NCBI GenBank assembly: GCA_021772515.1
Contig: JAJFLU010000026.1
Span: 77,813-141,812, forward strand
Direction: 5' to 3'
DNA from: Opitutales bacterium
GTDB lineage: Bacteria; Verrucomicrobiota; Verrucomicrobiia; Opitutales; UBA2987
DNA length: 64,000 bases
Part shown: piece after piece, positions 9,089 through 19,091 of the stretch
Layout of the letters: each line of letters opens with the position of its first letter
Numbering within the stretch: the stretch's first letter is position 1
The notes under the pieces: generated by a model
The model's database searches: none
Told to the model about the DNA's origin: nothing
The model's input: the letters and a program-made list of their open reading frames with translations, nothing else
Position numbers and translations under genes: made by a program

Positions 9089-11311
9089 TTAATTTGTATC
9101 AAATAACAGCTGAATTCCAGGGCAATCCAGAATTTTTACCTCAGTGATCATCCTTTTGGTAATCCGGTATCCAAGTTCGCGATAGGCCTCGAATTGCCCC
9201 TCGTCGAAAAATTGATCGGCGGTCGTTTGATCCGGAAAAGTCGGGTGAGCGCTTTTATAGCCATAAATGTCTTCCGGAAGGCCTGGGATAAGGGTAGTTT
9301 TGATATAGAATAATGTTCCCTTTGCAACCGTACCATCCGTTTCAGGCAAGTACTCGATATCCGCGACTGCGTATCCACGTTTGGCCAATCCGTACTTTTT
9401 AATGTAATCCCCTTCACCGGCAGAACCGGGTAACAGGTTCTTTAATCCGAGTTTTTCAACATCGTTTTTGTTTTTGCCATCGTCGGTTTTTGGTTTTTCA
9501 ACATCAAATTTTATTAATGCGCCAAAATCGACACGCACCCGCTCGACCGCGTTGGCCAAATCGGAAAAGGTGTATTTCGGGTCTGCTCCGCCATCGGAAA
9601 CAATTATCACTTTAGTTTTCCGTCGAATGAGTTCATACAGGGCAAGATTTTCAAAATGGCCGCCATCGGATAATTCGATAAACTTTTTACTCTCTTTAAG
9701 CCCACCTCCAAATACACCTTGCCATAATCCAGGAGAAAAGAAGTTGGGAAGGTGAAATCGGGACTTAGCTGGATCGGGATTTGAAGCCCAATAACCTAAC
9801 CGGATATTAAGAAGTGACATCAATGTCGATACAAGCCTGTTGCGAGTCACGCCTTTGCCACCAACTCCGGTATTGGGGTTTACGGCGGCCCCGGATATGG
9901 CCATAGCCGTCGGTAAAGTCATTCCGCGACTCATATACGATTTCATATAATTTCTTGTTTTTCGCCACCCAGTGGCATCGCTGCCACAGTAAAGTGGGGA
10001 TAAAAGGAAACTATCGCCTCCACGCCCTCGATACTTCGATTTATCAGAATCTACCAGCACAATATTGGCATTGATCAGGTGGTAGGGACGCTTGTTTTCA
10101 TCAGCGCACATATTCTCGATCAAAGCGTGATCGGCATCGGTGGCTGCCCCCCAATGCCCTGATATTACGTTTTTCAAATTTGGTTGAAAAAGCTCCATCA
10201 AACGATCGCGGTACATTCTGTGCAGTCCACAGTAGTTAAGGTTAGTGACACCGCCGAATACGATTGTTGCAAGAGCCAAAACTCCGTACCATAACCATAA
10301 ATTCGGATCCGCCAGTCCTATGAATTTCTGTGCAAAGATATAACCTAGCAGAAGCAGCCCATAGATTAAGGCTATTACTCCGACAATAATAACTAATTTA
10401 GATGATTTGCCTTCTTGTTTTGAGGAATTCTCCGGTCGCATCTGAAAAAACCCTATGATGGTGCCGATTGATACTAGCCCACTGCCAGAAAGCAGTTGGC
10501 TCCATATCGAATCGAAATGAGCTCCGGCATATTGGATCGATCCAACAATGATAAATCCAACAAGAAGAGACAATCCCCAGCCAAACCTCCATTGACTTCT
10601 TATTAATCCTTTGTAACTTTTACCACTCCAACCGGTCCGTAGAGAAAATAACAAACTTAATAGCAAAAGAAGAAGGGCAATATCAATCGAAGTCCAAATG
10701 AGTGGGTTCAGATTCAAGTTTTTAATAATGTTGACGGCATCGAAAATAATCGTTCGCCAGTCTTGAAATAAACCAACTTTTATAAGCCCGATCATTAATA
10801 CCGTAATGAGTGACAGGTAAACGAATAGGGATACAAACATGCTCCGTAGAACTACGGCTATCAGAGAGATAATATTTATACCGTAACCGGGATTCAGGTA
10901 GTTTCCGTGTTGGCGTATGAAGTCCAGGATCGCGTTTCGTTTCCCGGATTCTTTTGAACCTTCTCCTTTACTTCCGAAGGGAAAGTTATCCGGCTGAGTG
11001 CCGGCTGGTTTGTCATCAGGCAAACCTTTCTTTAAAAACCAGGTTAGGGAGGAGCCGATATATCCTCCTCCAGAAACCGTCGATAAATAATCTATTTTTT
11101 CGAGAATTCTTGCTTCTTTGCTCGCAAGCGCCTGCATCACTCCCAAACCAAAAGATGCCGAGCGAATTCCTCCTCCTGAAATAGCAAAGCCTGTAAGGTC
11201 ATTTTTTGTATTATCATCTCCGAATATATGTTTGCGCTCTTCTTCAGTTACCTTCCTCCAATAATGCGTAAAGCCCGTATCATTTTTATTGGTGTTTTCT
11301 TTATCGGCCAT
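9089..11311 (-). CDS. Patatin/cPLA2-like phospholipase with an internal polytopic membrane region
   Basis: Oxyanion motif ISGGGIRS (res 45-52), nucleophile-elbow-like STVSGGGY (Ser80), and Asp motif LSDGGHFENL (Asp549 by my count). About 6-7 hydrophobic stretches lie between res ~145 and ~360. A GGAG Shine-Dalgarno sits before the ATG. The gene is AT-rich relative to its neighbours. Confidence 0.8.
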   Translation of the reverse strand: MADKENTNKNDTGFTHYWRKVTEEERKHIFGDDNTKNDLTGFAISGGGIRSASFGLGVMQALASKEARILEKIDYLSTVSGGGYIGSSLTWFLKKGLPDDKPAGTQPDNFPFGSKGEGSKESGKRNAILDFIRQHGNYLNPGYGINIISLIAVVLRSMFVSLFVYLSLITVLMIGLIKVGLFQDWRTIIFDAVNIIKNLNLNPLIWTSIDIALLLLLLSLLFSLRTGWSGKSYKGLIRSQWRFGWGLSLLVGFIIVGSIQYAGAHFDSIWSQLLSGSGLVSIGTIIGFFQMRPENSSKQEGKSSKLVIIVGVIALIYGLLLLGYIFAQKFIGLADPNLWLWYGVLALATIVFGGVTNLNYCGLHRMYRDRLMELFQPNLKNVISGHWGAATDADHALIENMCADENKRPYHLINANIVLVDSDKSKYRGRGGDSFLLSPLYCGSDATGWRKTRNYMKSYMSRGMTLPTAMAISGAAVNPNTGVGGKGVTRNRLVSTLMSLLNIRLGYWASNPDPAKSRFHLPNFFSPGLWQGVFGGGLKESKKFIELSDGGHFENLALYELIRRKTKVIIVSDGGADPKYTFSDLANAVERVRVDFGALIKFDVEKPKTDDGKNKNDVEKLGLKNLLPGSAGEGDYIKKYGLAKRGYAVADIEYLPETDGTVAKGTLFYIKTTLIPGLPEDIYGYKSAHPTFPDQTTADQFFDEGQFEAYRELGYRITKRMITEVKILDCPGIQLLFDTN

Positions 11312-11434
11312 TGTTTTTACTCCTCACTTATAGTTTCGATTGAAAATCATTTCTCAATTTTCCGACTGAAATATTGACAAATAATCTAATACCTAATTCC
11401 GAATTTGAAATTCTGATGGCGTTTAGAAGATTTG

Positions 11435-12595
11435 TCAACTGCCGCTGAGATTTTGGAGGATTTCTATGATGGGGAGGAATAGCGCTATGACGAGCGCTCC
11501 TACTATCAGGGCTAGAAAAATTATCATGAGGGGCTCGACCAGCGCGGTGAGAGCAGCCACGGCGTGGTCCACATCTTCATCGTAGCTGTCGGCAACGCGG
11601 TTGAGCATGGGCGCCAGTTGGCCGGTTTCCTCGCCCACTTCGACCAGACCGGTGACGAGGTCGGGGAATACTCCGCTCCGCCGGAGGGGTTCGGCAAGCC
11701 CTTCCCCATCGCGAACCTGCAAGGCGACCGATTCAAGGGAAACCATGATATGGCGGTTTCCCACAACCTGCCGGGTAATTTCGAGGGCTTGTAGCAGAGG
11801 GACACCGCTTGAGAGCAGCGTGCCAAAGGTTCGGGCAAAACGCGCGATAGAGACTTTGCGGAGCAGGTCCCCGATTTTTGGCAACGCGAGGTAGAGCCGG
11901 TCAATAAAAAGAGCCCCGCGCCGAGTTCTGCTCAACCACCGGAAAATTCCCCAGACGATTGCGATTACGGAGAGGACCACCCACCAACGCTCTTTGGCAA
12001 ATTGGCTTGAATCGATGACTAATTGAGTGAGGCGTGGCAGAGGCGCACCCCGAAGCAGGCCATCGAATACCGTTTGAAAATTCGGGATGACGAATAACAG
12101 CAGCAAGCTGATTATTACGCCCACCGCAACGAGAACAATCAATGGATAGTATAAGGCGGCAGTAATTTTTTTACGCGTATTGAGGTTTTTTTCCTGGTAG
12201 TGAGCCAGTCGGAGTAAAATGCGATCCAACTCCCCGCTCGCCTCCCCTGCCCGGACCATGTTGACCATCAGGGTGTCGAAAATTCCGGGATAACGGGCCA
12301 TTCCACCGGAAAACGGATTACCGCCTCGCACATTGTCGGCTAAATTGGTAATCACTTTTTTGAAGAATTTGCTTTTTTCCTGACGCAGGAGAATTTCGAG
12401 AGCCCGGAGCAGGGGCATCCCGGAATGGGTCATGGTAGCAATCTGGCGTGTGAATAACGCCAATTTATGCGGCGGGATGGACCGGTTCCACCCGAACCAC
12501 TTTTCCAGGAAATTGGATCCGCCGTTTTTTAGGATGTATTCTTGCGTCATTTGCTCATTTTCGAGGTCGATTTCAGTAATTTTCGAAGGCGCCAT
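11435..12595 (-). CDS. pilC: Type IV pilus / type II secretion platform protein (GspF/PilC family)
   Basis: 386 aa with duplicated T2SSF-type repeats and three TM segments. It lies directly downstream of a PilB-type ATPase gene. Confidence 0.88.
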   Translation of the reverse strand: MAPSKITEIDLENEQMTQEYILKNGGSNFLEKWFGWNRSIPPHKLALFTRQIATMTHSGMPLLRALEILLRQEKSKFFKKVITNLADNVRGGNPFSGGMARYPGIFDTLMVNMVRAGEASGELDRILLRLAHYQEKNLNTRKKITAALYYPLIVLVAVGVIISLLLLFVIPNFQTVFDGLLRGAPLPRLTQLVIDSSQFAKERWWVVLSVIAIVWGIFRWLSRTRRGALFIDRLYLALPKIGDLLRKVSIARFARTFGTLLSSGVPLLQALEITRQVVGNRHIMVSLESVALQVRDGEGLAEPLRRSGVFPDLVTGLVEVGEETGQLAPMLNRVADSYDEDVDHAVAALTALVEPLMIIFLALIVGALVIALFLPIIEILQNLSGS

Positions 12596-12606
12596 AACCG
12601 CTGACC

Positions 12607-14298
12607 TCAGGTGTATTTTAGAACTTCCTCGATGGTTGTGAAGCCCTCGGAAATCACCCGCAACCCATCTTCGCGAAGAGTGGTCATGCCTTCCTCGCGG
12701 GCATGTTTTTCGAGGGCGTAGGTGGGGGCATTATCGACGATTAGCTTCCGAAAAACATCACTCACGGCAAGCAATTCAAAGAGTCCGATTCGTCCAAGGA
12801 AACCTTCCCCCCGGCAATCCGGGCAGCCATTGCCGGTGTAAAATTTCGTTTCCTCGATTTGGCTAAGCTCCATACCGAGTTGTGCGACCAATTCGGAAGA
12901 GGGTTCCTGAGGCTGGCGGCAGTTGTTACAAATTTTCCGCAGCAGGCGCTGGGCGAGAACCGTATCAAGGGTCGCCGCCAGGAGGTAGGGCTCCAATCCC
13001 ATGTCGATAAGACGGGTAACGGCTCCGGGGGCATTGTTGGTGTGCAAAGTTGTCAGGACGAGGTGGCCAGTGAGGGATGCCTGCACGGCGATACGGGCGG
13101 TTTCCAAGTCCCGTATTTCCCCGACGAGAATTTTATCGGGATCATGCCTGAGAAAAGACCGCAGGGCGCGTGAAAAGGAAAGGTCAATCTGCGGGTTGAC
13201 GGCCACCTGCATGATTCCCTCGATTTCGTATTCGACAGGATCCTCGATGGTCAGAATCTTAATTTCAGGACGGTTGATTTCACGCAGAAGACTATAAAGG
13301 GTGGTCGTTTTTCCGCATCCGGTTGGTCCTGTAACGATAAATAGACCGTGCGGAAGACTGGCCACCCGCCGGAGCCTGTGAACTACTTTCGAGGGCAAAT
13401 TCAAGCGATCCAGATCGAGGCTGACCACTGTCTTATCGAGTATTCGGAGCACAATGCTCTCTCCAAAACGGGTCGGTAAAGTGGAAATTCTGAGATCAAC
13501 CGGACGCCCTGCCACGGTCATGCGGATGCGGCCATCCTGGGGAACTCTTTGCTCGGCGATATTCAAATTTGCCATGACCTTGAGACGGGCGGTGATGGGC
13601 TGAACCAGATTTCCGGGAGGTGGAGCCATCTCGCGTAGAGCGCCATCGACCCGACACCGAATTCGGAATTGGTCCTCAAATGGTTCGAAATGGATGTCGG
13701 AGGCATGATCCTCTATGGCCTGAGCAAGCACGAGATCTACGAAACGGATAACCGGAGTATCCTCCGACAAGGACATAACAGAAGAACCATTGCCGTTGTC
13801 CTCCACTTTTGAAATCGGTTCAGATTCCGACTCGGCGAGGACCTCTGTGGAACGTATTTTCAGTTCTCCGTAAGTCTGATCTATTAATTTAACCACCCGG
13901 TCGGGGTCGCAGACAACAATCTGGATGTCCCTGTTGAGAAAAAATGTAAGATCTTCGATAATTCGGTAGTTGAAGGGATCGACAGTCGCCAAATCTATGG
14001 ATTGGCCACAGATGCGAAGTGGAACGACCGCATATTTGTGGGCAATTTGATGGCTGATGGCCCCTGTAACCTCGTCGGGTATGGATTCGGGGAGATCGGG
14101 CAGAAACTCGAATTGCAAATAATCGGCGACTGACTCCAGTAGCTGCCGCCGCCCGACGATCCCGGATTCAAGAATCGCCGCCGCCAGATTCCGCCCCGTT
14201 TTTCGGCGCGACCAGTGTAACTCTCCCAATTGCTCCGAACTCAGAAGGCCCGATTTGGAAAGAGCGTCTATGACTGACGAATCGTGGGCCTCAAACAT
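12607..14298 (-). CDS. pilB: Type IV pilus assembly ATPase (GspE/PilB family)
   Basis: Walker A GPTGCGKTT, Asp box, Walker B ILVGEIRD, His box TGHLVLTTLHTN and tetracysteine CNNC...CPDC. Start moved to MFEAHDSS (14298) so it does not overlap pilT. Confidence 0.9.
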   Translation of the reverse strand: MFEAHDSSVIDALSKSGLLSSEQLGELHWSRRKTGRNLAAAILESGIVGRRQLLESVADYLQFEFLPDLPESIPDEVTGAISHQIAHKYAVVPLRICGQSIDLATVDPFNYRIIEDLTFFLNRDIQIVVCDPDRVVKLIDQTYGELKIRSTEVLAESESEPISKVEDNGNGSSVMSLSEDTPVIRFVDLVLAQAIEDHASDIHFEPFEDQFRIRCRVDGALREMAPPPGNLVQPITARLKVMANLNIAEQRVPQDGRIRMTVAGRPVDLRISTLPTRFGESIVLRILDKTVVSLDLDRLNLPSKVVHRLRRVASLPHGLFIVTGPTGCGKTTTLYSLLREINRPEIKILTIEDPVEYEIEGIMQVAVNPQIDLSFSRALRSFLRHDPDKILVGEIRDLETARIAVQASLTGHLVLTTLHTNNAPGAVTRLIDMGLEPYLLAATLDTVLAQRLLRKICNNCRQPQEPSSELVAQLGMELSQIEETKFYTGNGCPDCRGEGFLGRIGLFELLAVSDVFRKLIVDNAPTYALEKHAREEGMTTLREDGLRVISEGFTTIEEVLKYT

Positions 14299-14329
14299 AC
14301 CGTTTGAAGAGAAAAGTTTTAAAAAAATA

Positions 14330-15415
14330 TCAGTCCAATTCCGGGAGTACCGCACCGGCGGCTCGCAAACTCTCTTTCATGGCCTCCGGCGCCTGTGCTT
14401 TTTCGAGGGCCTCCTGCGGGTTGATGAGGTCGCGATTGACCAGGCTCATCAAATGGGCATCCATGGAAATCATCCCCAACTGCGCCCCTGTCTGGATGTC
14501 GGATTGGATGCGATAGGTTTTATTTTCGCGAATCAAAGCCTGAATGGAATTGGTGGCAACCATGATTTCGTAACCGGCAATGCGCCCACCGCCAATTTTT
14601 TTGCAAAGAACCTGTGAAATTACAGCGATAATGCCGGAACCCAATTGGGTGCGAATCTGGTCCTTCGAGCTCGCGGGAAAGGCATCAACGATACGATCGA
14701 CGGTGCGGGCGGCTCCCGTGGTGTGCAAAGTTCCGAAAACGAGGTGGCCGGTTTCCGCCGCACTGATGGCTGCCTCGATCGTTTCCAGATCGCGCATTTC
14801 CCCCACCAGAATCACATCGGGATCCTGCCTCAAAGCTCCGTGGATGGCGTCGGCAAAGGATTGCACATCGATGCCTACCTCCCGCTGCGTCATAATGCAT
14901 TTCTTATGTTCGTGATAATACTCGATGGGATCCTCGATGGTGATAATATGGCCATCGCGGTTTTCATTGATCCAGTTAACCATCGAGGCGAGTGTGGTTG
15001 ATTTGCCGGAGCCGGTCGGGCCGGTTACGAGAATGAGACCTCGTGGCCGACAGAGAAGCTCCTTGATTTTCTCGGGCAGCCCCACCTCGCGAAGACCAAA
15101 CATTTTATTGGGTATTTGCCGTAGAACCATGCCGTAATTACCCTTGGCCTTGAGCACGCTGACGCGGAATCTCGCCTTATCCATAAAGGCAAAGCCAAAG
15201 TCTGCGCCGCCGACGGTTTTCGCTTTTTCCTGATGCCCCTCGGAGGCGATGGATTTCATGAGATCCTCGGTATCCAGTGGCCCCAGCTTTGGGCCTTCCA
15301 CAGGAGTCATCGTCCCGGATAAACGCAATGTCGGTGGCTGGCCAACCTGCAAGTGCAAATCGGACGCTCCCTGGTCCACCATTAAATCCAACAGGTCATT
15401 CATTTCATAGCTCAT
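14330..15415 (-). CDS. pilT: Twitching-motility retraction ATPase PilT
   Basis: 361 aa with Walker [18 protein letters not shown] and [11 protein letters not shown]. Length and N-terminus ([16 protein letters not shown]) are typical of PilT. Confidence 0.93.
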   Translation of the reverse strand: MSYEMNDLLDLMVDQGASDLHLQVGQPPTLRLSGTMTPVEGPKLGPLDTEDLMKSIASEGHQEKAKTVGGADFGFAFMDKARFRVSVLKAKGNYGMVLRQIPNKMFGLREVGLPEKIKELLCRPRGLILVTGPTGSGKSTTLASMVNWINENRDGHIITIEDPIEYYHEHKKCIMTQREVGIDVQSFADAIHGALRQDPDVILVGEMRDLETIEAAISAAETGHLVFGTLHTTGAARTVDRIVDAFPASSKDQIRTQLGSGIIAVISQVLCKKIGGGRIAGYEIMVATNSIQALIRENKTYRIQSDIQTGAQLGMISMDAHLMSLVNRDLINPQEALEKAQAPEAMKESLRAAGAVLPELD

Positions 15416-15519
15416 AGGGACTCCTTTGAATAAAGATTTTCGTTAAAAAAGTTAATGTCCATTGAGAGAAAGATAGTCAAACTTGAAAGCTGCCTGAATT
15501 CGCAAAGAGCCGTCGTTGC

Positions 15520-17241
15520 TCAACGGTCCTCTTCTCCTCCATCCACGGTGAGAGCCAAGACTTCCTCGACCGTGGTCAATCCCTGGGTAGCTTTTCTCAT
15601 TCCCTCTTCCCATACGGTTCGCAGGCCTGCGCGGCGGCAGGCGATCCGAATCGAGGCCAATGGAGCCTCACGATATATCAATTGCTGGATTTCCTCCGTG
15701 ATTTCCATGAATTCAAAAATCCCGCTACGGCCATTATAGCCACGTCCGGAACATTGTGAACAGCCAGTGCCCAGGGTAAACGGGATATCGGCAGCGCCCT
15801 CGATTCCCGGTGGCTGGTTTTCGGGTTGAACAGGTTTACGGCAATTTGGGCAAAGAAGCCTGACCAGCCTTTGCGCCAAAACCGCGCGGAGGGATGCGGA
15901 TACGAGAAAAGGTTTAATCCCGATATCGATGAGTCGCGAAACGGCTGCCGCTGAATCATTGGTGTGCAGGGTGCTGAAAACGAGATGGCCGGTCAGGGAG
16001 GCATTAACCGCTATTTCCGCCGTTTCCAGGTCTCGGATTTCCCCGATCATAATGATATTTGGCGCCTGCCGCAGGAGTGAACGCAGAGCCGAGGAAAAGT
16101 CCAGTCCTACCTCCCTTTTTACCTGCACCTGATTGATTCCGCTCAGTTGATATTCCACCGGATCTTCGACCGTGATAATCTTGCGGTCCGGCTGGTTGAT
16201 GGAGTGGAGAAAGGAGTAGAGGGTGGTGGTCTTACCCGAGCCGGTCGGCCCTGTGACAAGAATCATACCGTCGGGAAGCGAGAGTAAATGCTCCACTTTT
16301 TTCAAGTCTTCGCACCGAAAACCTAACTCGGAAAGATCCAGCCGCAAATTTTCCCTGTCCAAAATTCTAATGACCATGCTCTCGCCGTGAGCGGTGGGCA
16401 AAGTAGATACCCTCAGGTCGATTTCGCGACCTTCCAGAGATACCAGAATACGCCCATCCTGGGGGAGTCTTTTTTCGGCGATGCTGATCTCGGCCATCAA
16501 CTTCAGGCGGGAAATAATAGCCGGTTGAAGGCGTTTGGGCGGGTTTTCCATTTCCCTCAAAGATCCATCGATGCGGAAGCGCACCCGAAATCGGCTTTCG
16601 AGGGGTTCGAGGTGGATGTCCGAGGCCCGCATTTCGAGGGCTTTTGCAATGAGCCAGCGGACGTAGCTTCCGATGGGCGCTTCGTAGCCATCGAAGTCTG
16701 GTTTGGGCTCGGAAACCACCAAGGGCTGCCGTGGAAACTGGATGTACTGACCATCGGGGTCCAGAAAACCGCCCTGCCCAAGTTGGGCAACCAAGGCCCG
16801 CCGCAAATCCCCGGGCCAGGCAAGTTTCGCCTCGACAGCCATTCCGAGCAGATGACCGAGGTCATCCAGAGCCGCCAAATCGAAGGGATTGGCGACGGCT
16901 AGTTGCAGGCGGCCTCCTCGACAGGAAAGAGGAAAAACCCGGTAGCGCTCCGCCAGATCCTTCCCTACAATCTCCCAAACCTCGGCGCTGGCAATCAGGT
17001 CGTTTTCCTCGACCGTTTCCATCTGAAATTCATTCGCCAATGCAGTGAGAATCGGTTTGCGGGTTGCAAAACCCTTTTCCACCAACATTTCCAGAATATC
17101 GGGAACGGCATCTTCCTGCCTTTTTCCCGATTCCAACTTCAAACAATCTTCGATGTTTGAAACGGCTTCCCGTGAAATGACCCCCTTATTCTGGAGCAGC
17201 CGTAAAAGATACCCGCCGGAGGTTTTCATGGAATCAGGCAA
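15520..17241 (-). CDS. Second GspE/PilB-family secretion ATPase
   Basis: 573 aa with Walker A GPTGSGKTT, IMIGEIRD, TGHLVFSTLHTN and CPNC...CSQC. It is a paralogue of the 12607-14298 gene. Confidence 0.88.
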   Translation of the reverse strand: MPDSMKTSGGYLLRLLQNKGVISREAVSNIEDCLKLESGKRQEDAVPDILEMLVEKGFATRKPILTALANEFQMETVEENDLIASAEVWEIVGKDLAERYRVFPLSCRGGRLQLAVANPFDLAALDDLGHLLGMAVEAKLAWPGDLRRALVAQLGQGGFLDPDGQYIQFPRQPLVVSEPKPDFDGYEAPIGSYVRWLIAKALEMRASDIHLEPLESRFRVRFRIDGSLREMENPPKRLQPAIISRLKLMAEISIAEKRLPQDGRILVSLEGREIDLRVSTLPTAHGESMVIRILDRENLRLDLSELGFRCEDLKKVEHLLSLPDGMILVTGPTGSGKTTTLYSFLHSINQPDRKIITVEDPVEYQLSGINQVQVKREVGLDFSSALRSLLRQAPNIIMIGEIRDLETAEIAVNASLTGHLVFSTLHTNDSAAAVSRLIDIGIKPFLVSASLRAVLAQRLVRLLCPNCRKPVQPENQPPGIEGAADIPFTLGTGCSQCSGRGYNGRSGIFEFMEITEEIQQLIYREAPLASIRIACRRAGLRTVWEEGMRKATQGLTTVEEVLALTVDGGEEDR

Positions 17242-17272
17242 GCATTTCGGCGAATTGGGATAATGATAACCC

Positions 17273-19018
17273 TTATCGGTTGAGGCCCATCAGGAATTCG
17301 GCGTTGGATTTCGTTTTCTTGACCCTCTGGATGAGCAATTCCATGGCCTCGGGGGAAGGAACACCCTTCATCGCCCGTCGGAGGGAATAAATTTTATTCA
17401 TTTCATCCGGATGGTATAACAATTCCTCCTTGCGGGTGCCGCTTTGTTCGAGGTTGATTGCGGGATAGATGCGTTTGTCGACAAGGGCTCGATCGAGGTG
17501 CAATTCCATATTTCCGGTGCCTTTGAACTCCTCGAAAATAACCTCGTCCATGCGGCTGCCGGTATCGATCAGGGCGGTGGCGAGAATGGTGAGGCTGCCT
17601 CCGTTTTCGATATTACGGGCCGAACCGAAGAAACGCTTCGGTTTTTGCAGGGCGCTGGCCTCGACGCCGCCGGAAAGGATTTTACCACTGCTGGGCATGG
17701 TGGTGTTGTATGCGCGGGCCAACCGGGTGATAGAGTCCAGCAAGATGATCACTTTTTGCCCTTCCTCGACCATACGGCGGGATTTTTCGATGACCATTTC
17801 GGCGGCATGGACATGACTTTCGGCCGATTGATCAAAAGTGGAGCTGATGACTTCACCTTTTACCTGGCGCTGAAAATCGGTGACCTCCTCGGGCCTTTCG
17901 TCAACGAGAAGAACGATGAGATGGGCATCGGGGTAGTTGGTTGCAATGGAGTTGGCGATACATTGCAAGATGACAGTCTTGCCGGTGCGTGGTGGGGCCA
18001 CGATGAGACCTCGCTGGCCAAAACCGATGGGGGTCAGCATATCTACCACACGCATGGAAAGATTATCCCATTTCACATCGGGCTCGGTTTCCAGGAGTAT
18101 TCGTTCGAGTGGATAATAGGGGACGAGATCCTCGAAAGGCTCGACCTTGATGTCATCCTCGATGGGGCGGCCCATCAATGTGTCAATACGCAAAACAAAG
18201 GGGCAGCTTTCATCCCGCCGATGCGGATGGACCTGCGCCTGCACAATATGGCCTCGGGCCAGACCATATTTCCTGATAAGCGACTCGGGGACGAAGGCAT
18301 TTTGAGATTTGATCTTGTAGTTGTCCGACTCGTAAACGAGAAGACCGTAGCCATCCTGGGTGGTTTCCACAGCGCCTTCCACCATCACCGGTATTTTCTC
18401 CTCGAAGCATTGCTCGATAACCTTGTCGACGAGTTGGATTCGATTCGGTGCGGTATTGAGCACCACTCCCATATCCTTCGCTTTCTCCACGAATTGGGTC
18501 AAGGGCATGGCCATTAAAGGATTCAACAACAGTGGCTCGCCCCCGGTGGAAATCTCCCTACCCAGGCTGGACATTTCTTCGAGGTTTTCGAGAAGCTCAA
18601 ATCCGCGCAGATTTCCCACCTTTAAGGAGGGTCCGGCAATCGTTCCGTAAAAATCATTGCGATTGTGTTGGGCAGGCTGCTTTTTCCTTTTTTTAGGATA
18701 TTGGCCCTGTGAGGGTTTCTTTTTAGCAAATTTCTTTTGAAAATTTTGGTTATGGGGCCGATTCGATTTTTGATATCTACCGCGTTCATTCCCCCCCTGT
18801 TTTCCCCGATATGAAGACGGTCCCTGGCCTGAGCCGGCATCGTCGGGTGGCCCCTGTTTCGACGCCTGATCCGATTGCGGGGCTTCGGACGCGGGACTAT
18901 TACTCCTGGTTGGAGAATTCGCCTCAGCGGATTTATCCACAGCCTTCCGGGCAGGGGATTCTTTTTCGATCGCGGCAATGGATTGGCCGGAGGACTCTTT
19001 ATTTTGGGTTTCAGACAT
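17273..19018 (-). CDS. rho: Transcription termination factor Rho with a ~150-aa low-complexity N-terminal extension
   Basis: C-terminal ~430 aa is canonical Rho (Walker [12 protein letters not shown]-binding OB region, C-terminal [10 protein letters not shown]). The first ~150 aa are S/P/Q/K/R/N-rich. Confidence 0.93.
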   Translation of the reverse strand: MSETQNKESSGQSIAAIEKESPARKAVDKSAEANSPTRSNSPASEAPQSDQASKQGPPDDAGSGQGPSSYRGKQGGNERGRYQKSNRPHNQNFQKKFAKKKPSQGQYPKKRKKQPAQHNRNDFYGTIAGPSLKVGNLRGFELLENLEEMSSLGREISTGGEPLLLNPLMAMPLTQFVEKAKDMGVVLNTAPNRIQLVDKVIEQCFEEKIPVMVEGAVETTQDGYGLLVYESDNYKIKSQNAFVPESLIRKYGLARGHIVQAQVHPHRRDESCPFVLRIDTLMGRPIEDDIKVEPFEDLVPYYPLERILLETEPDVKWDNLSMRVVDMLTPIGFGQRGLIVAPPRTGKTVILQCIANSIATNYPDAHLIVLLVDERPEEVTDFQRQVKGEVISSTFDQSAESHVHAAEMVIEKSRRMVEEGQKVIILLDSITRLARAYNTTMPSSGKILSGGVEASALQKPKRFFGSARNIENGGSLTILATALIDTGSRMDEVIFEEFKGTGNMELHLDRALVDKRIYPAINLEQSGTRKEELLYHPDEMNKIYSLRRAMKGVPSPEAMELLIQRVKKTKSNAEFLMGLNR

Positions 19019-19091
19019 AATAGCGGCAGGTTGATGCCGGGGGGCAGAAAATTACTCTTTGATCAACACCTTGGGTGTTGTTGATGACTGC

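Noticed and set aside
17444-18517. 357-aa plus-strand ORF
   Set aside because: It lies entirely antisense to the highly conserved rho coding region and has no motifs. It is a typical shadow ORF in GC-rich coding DNA. The same reasoning applies to 23415-24185 (antisense to the M20 gene), 33138-33953 (oppD), 36647-37432 (oppA), 49902-50729 (TonB-dependent receptor), 57634-58413 (DUF885), 62258-63052 (nrdD) and 4480-5229 (lipA).
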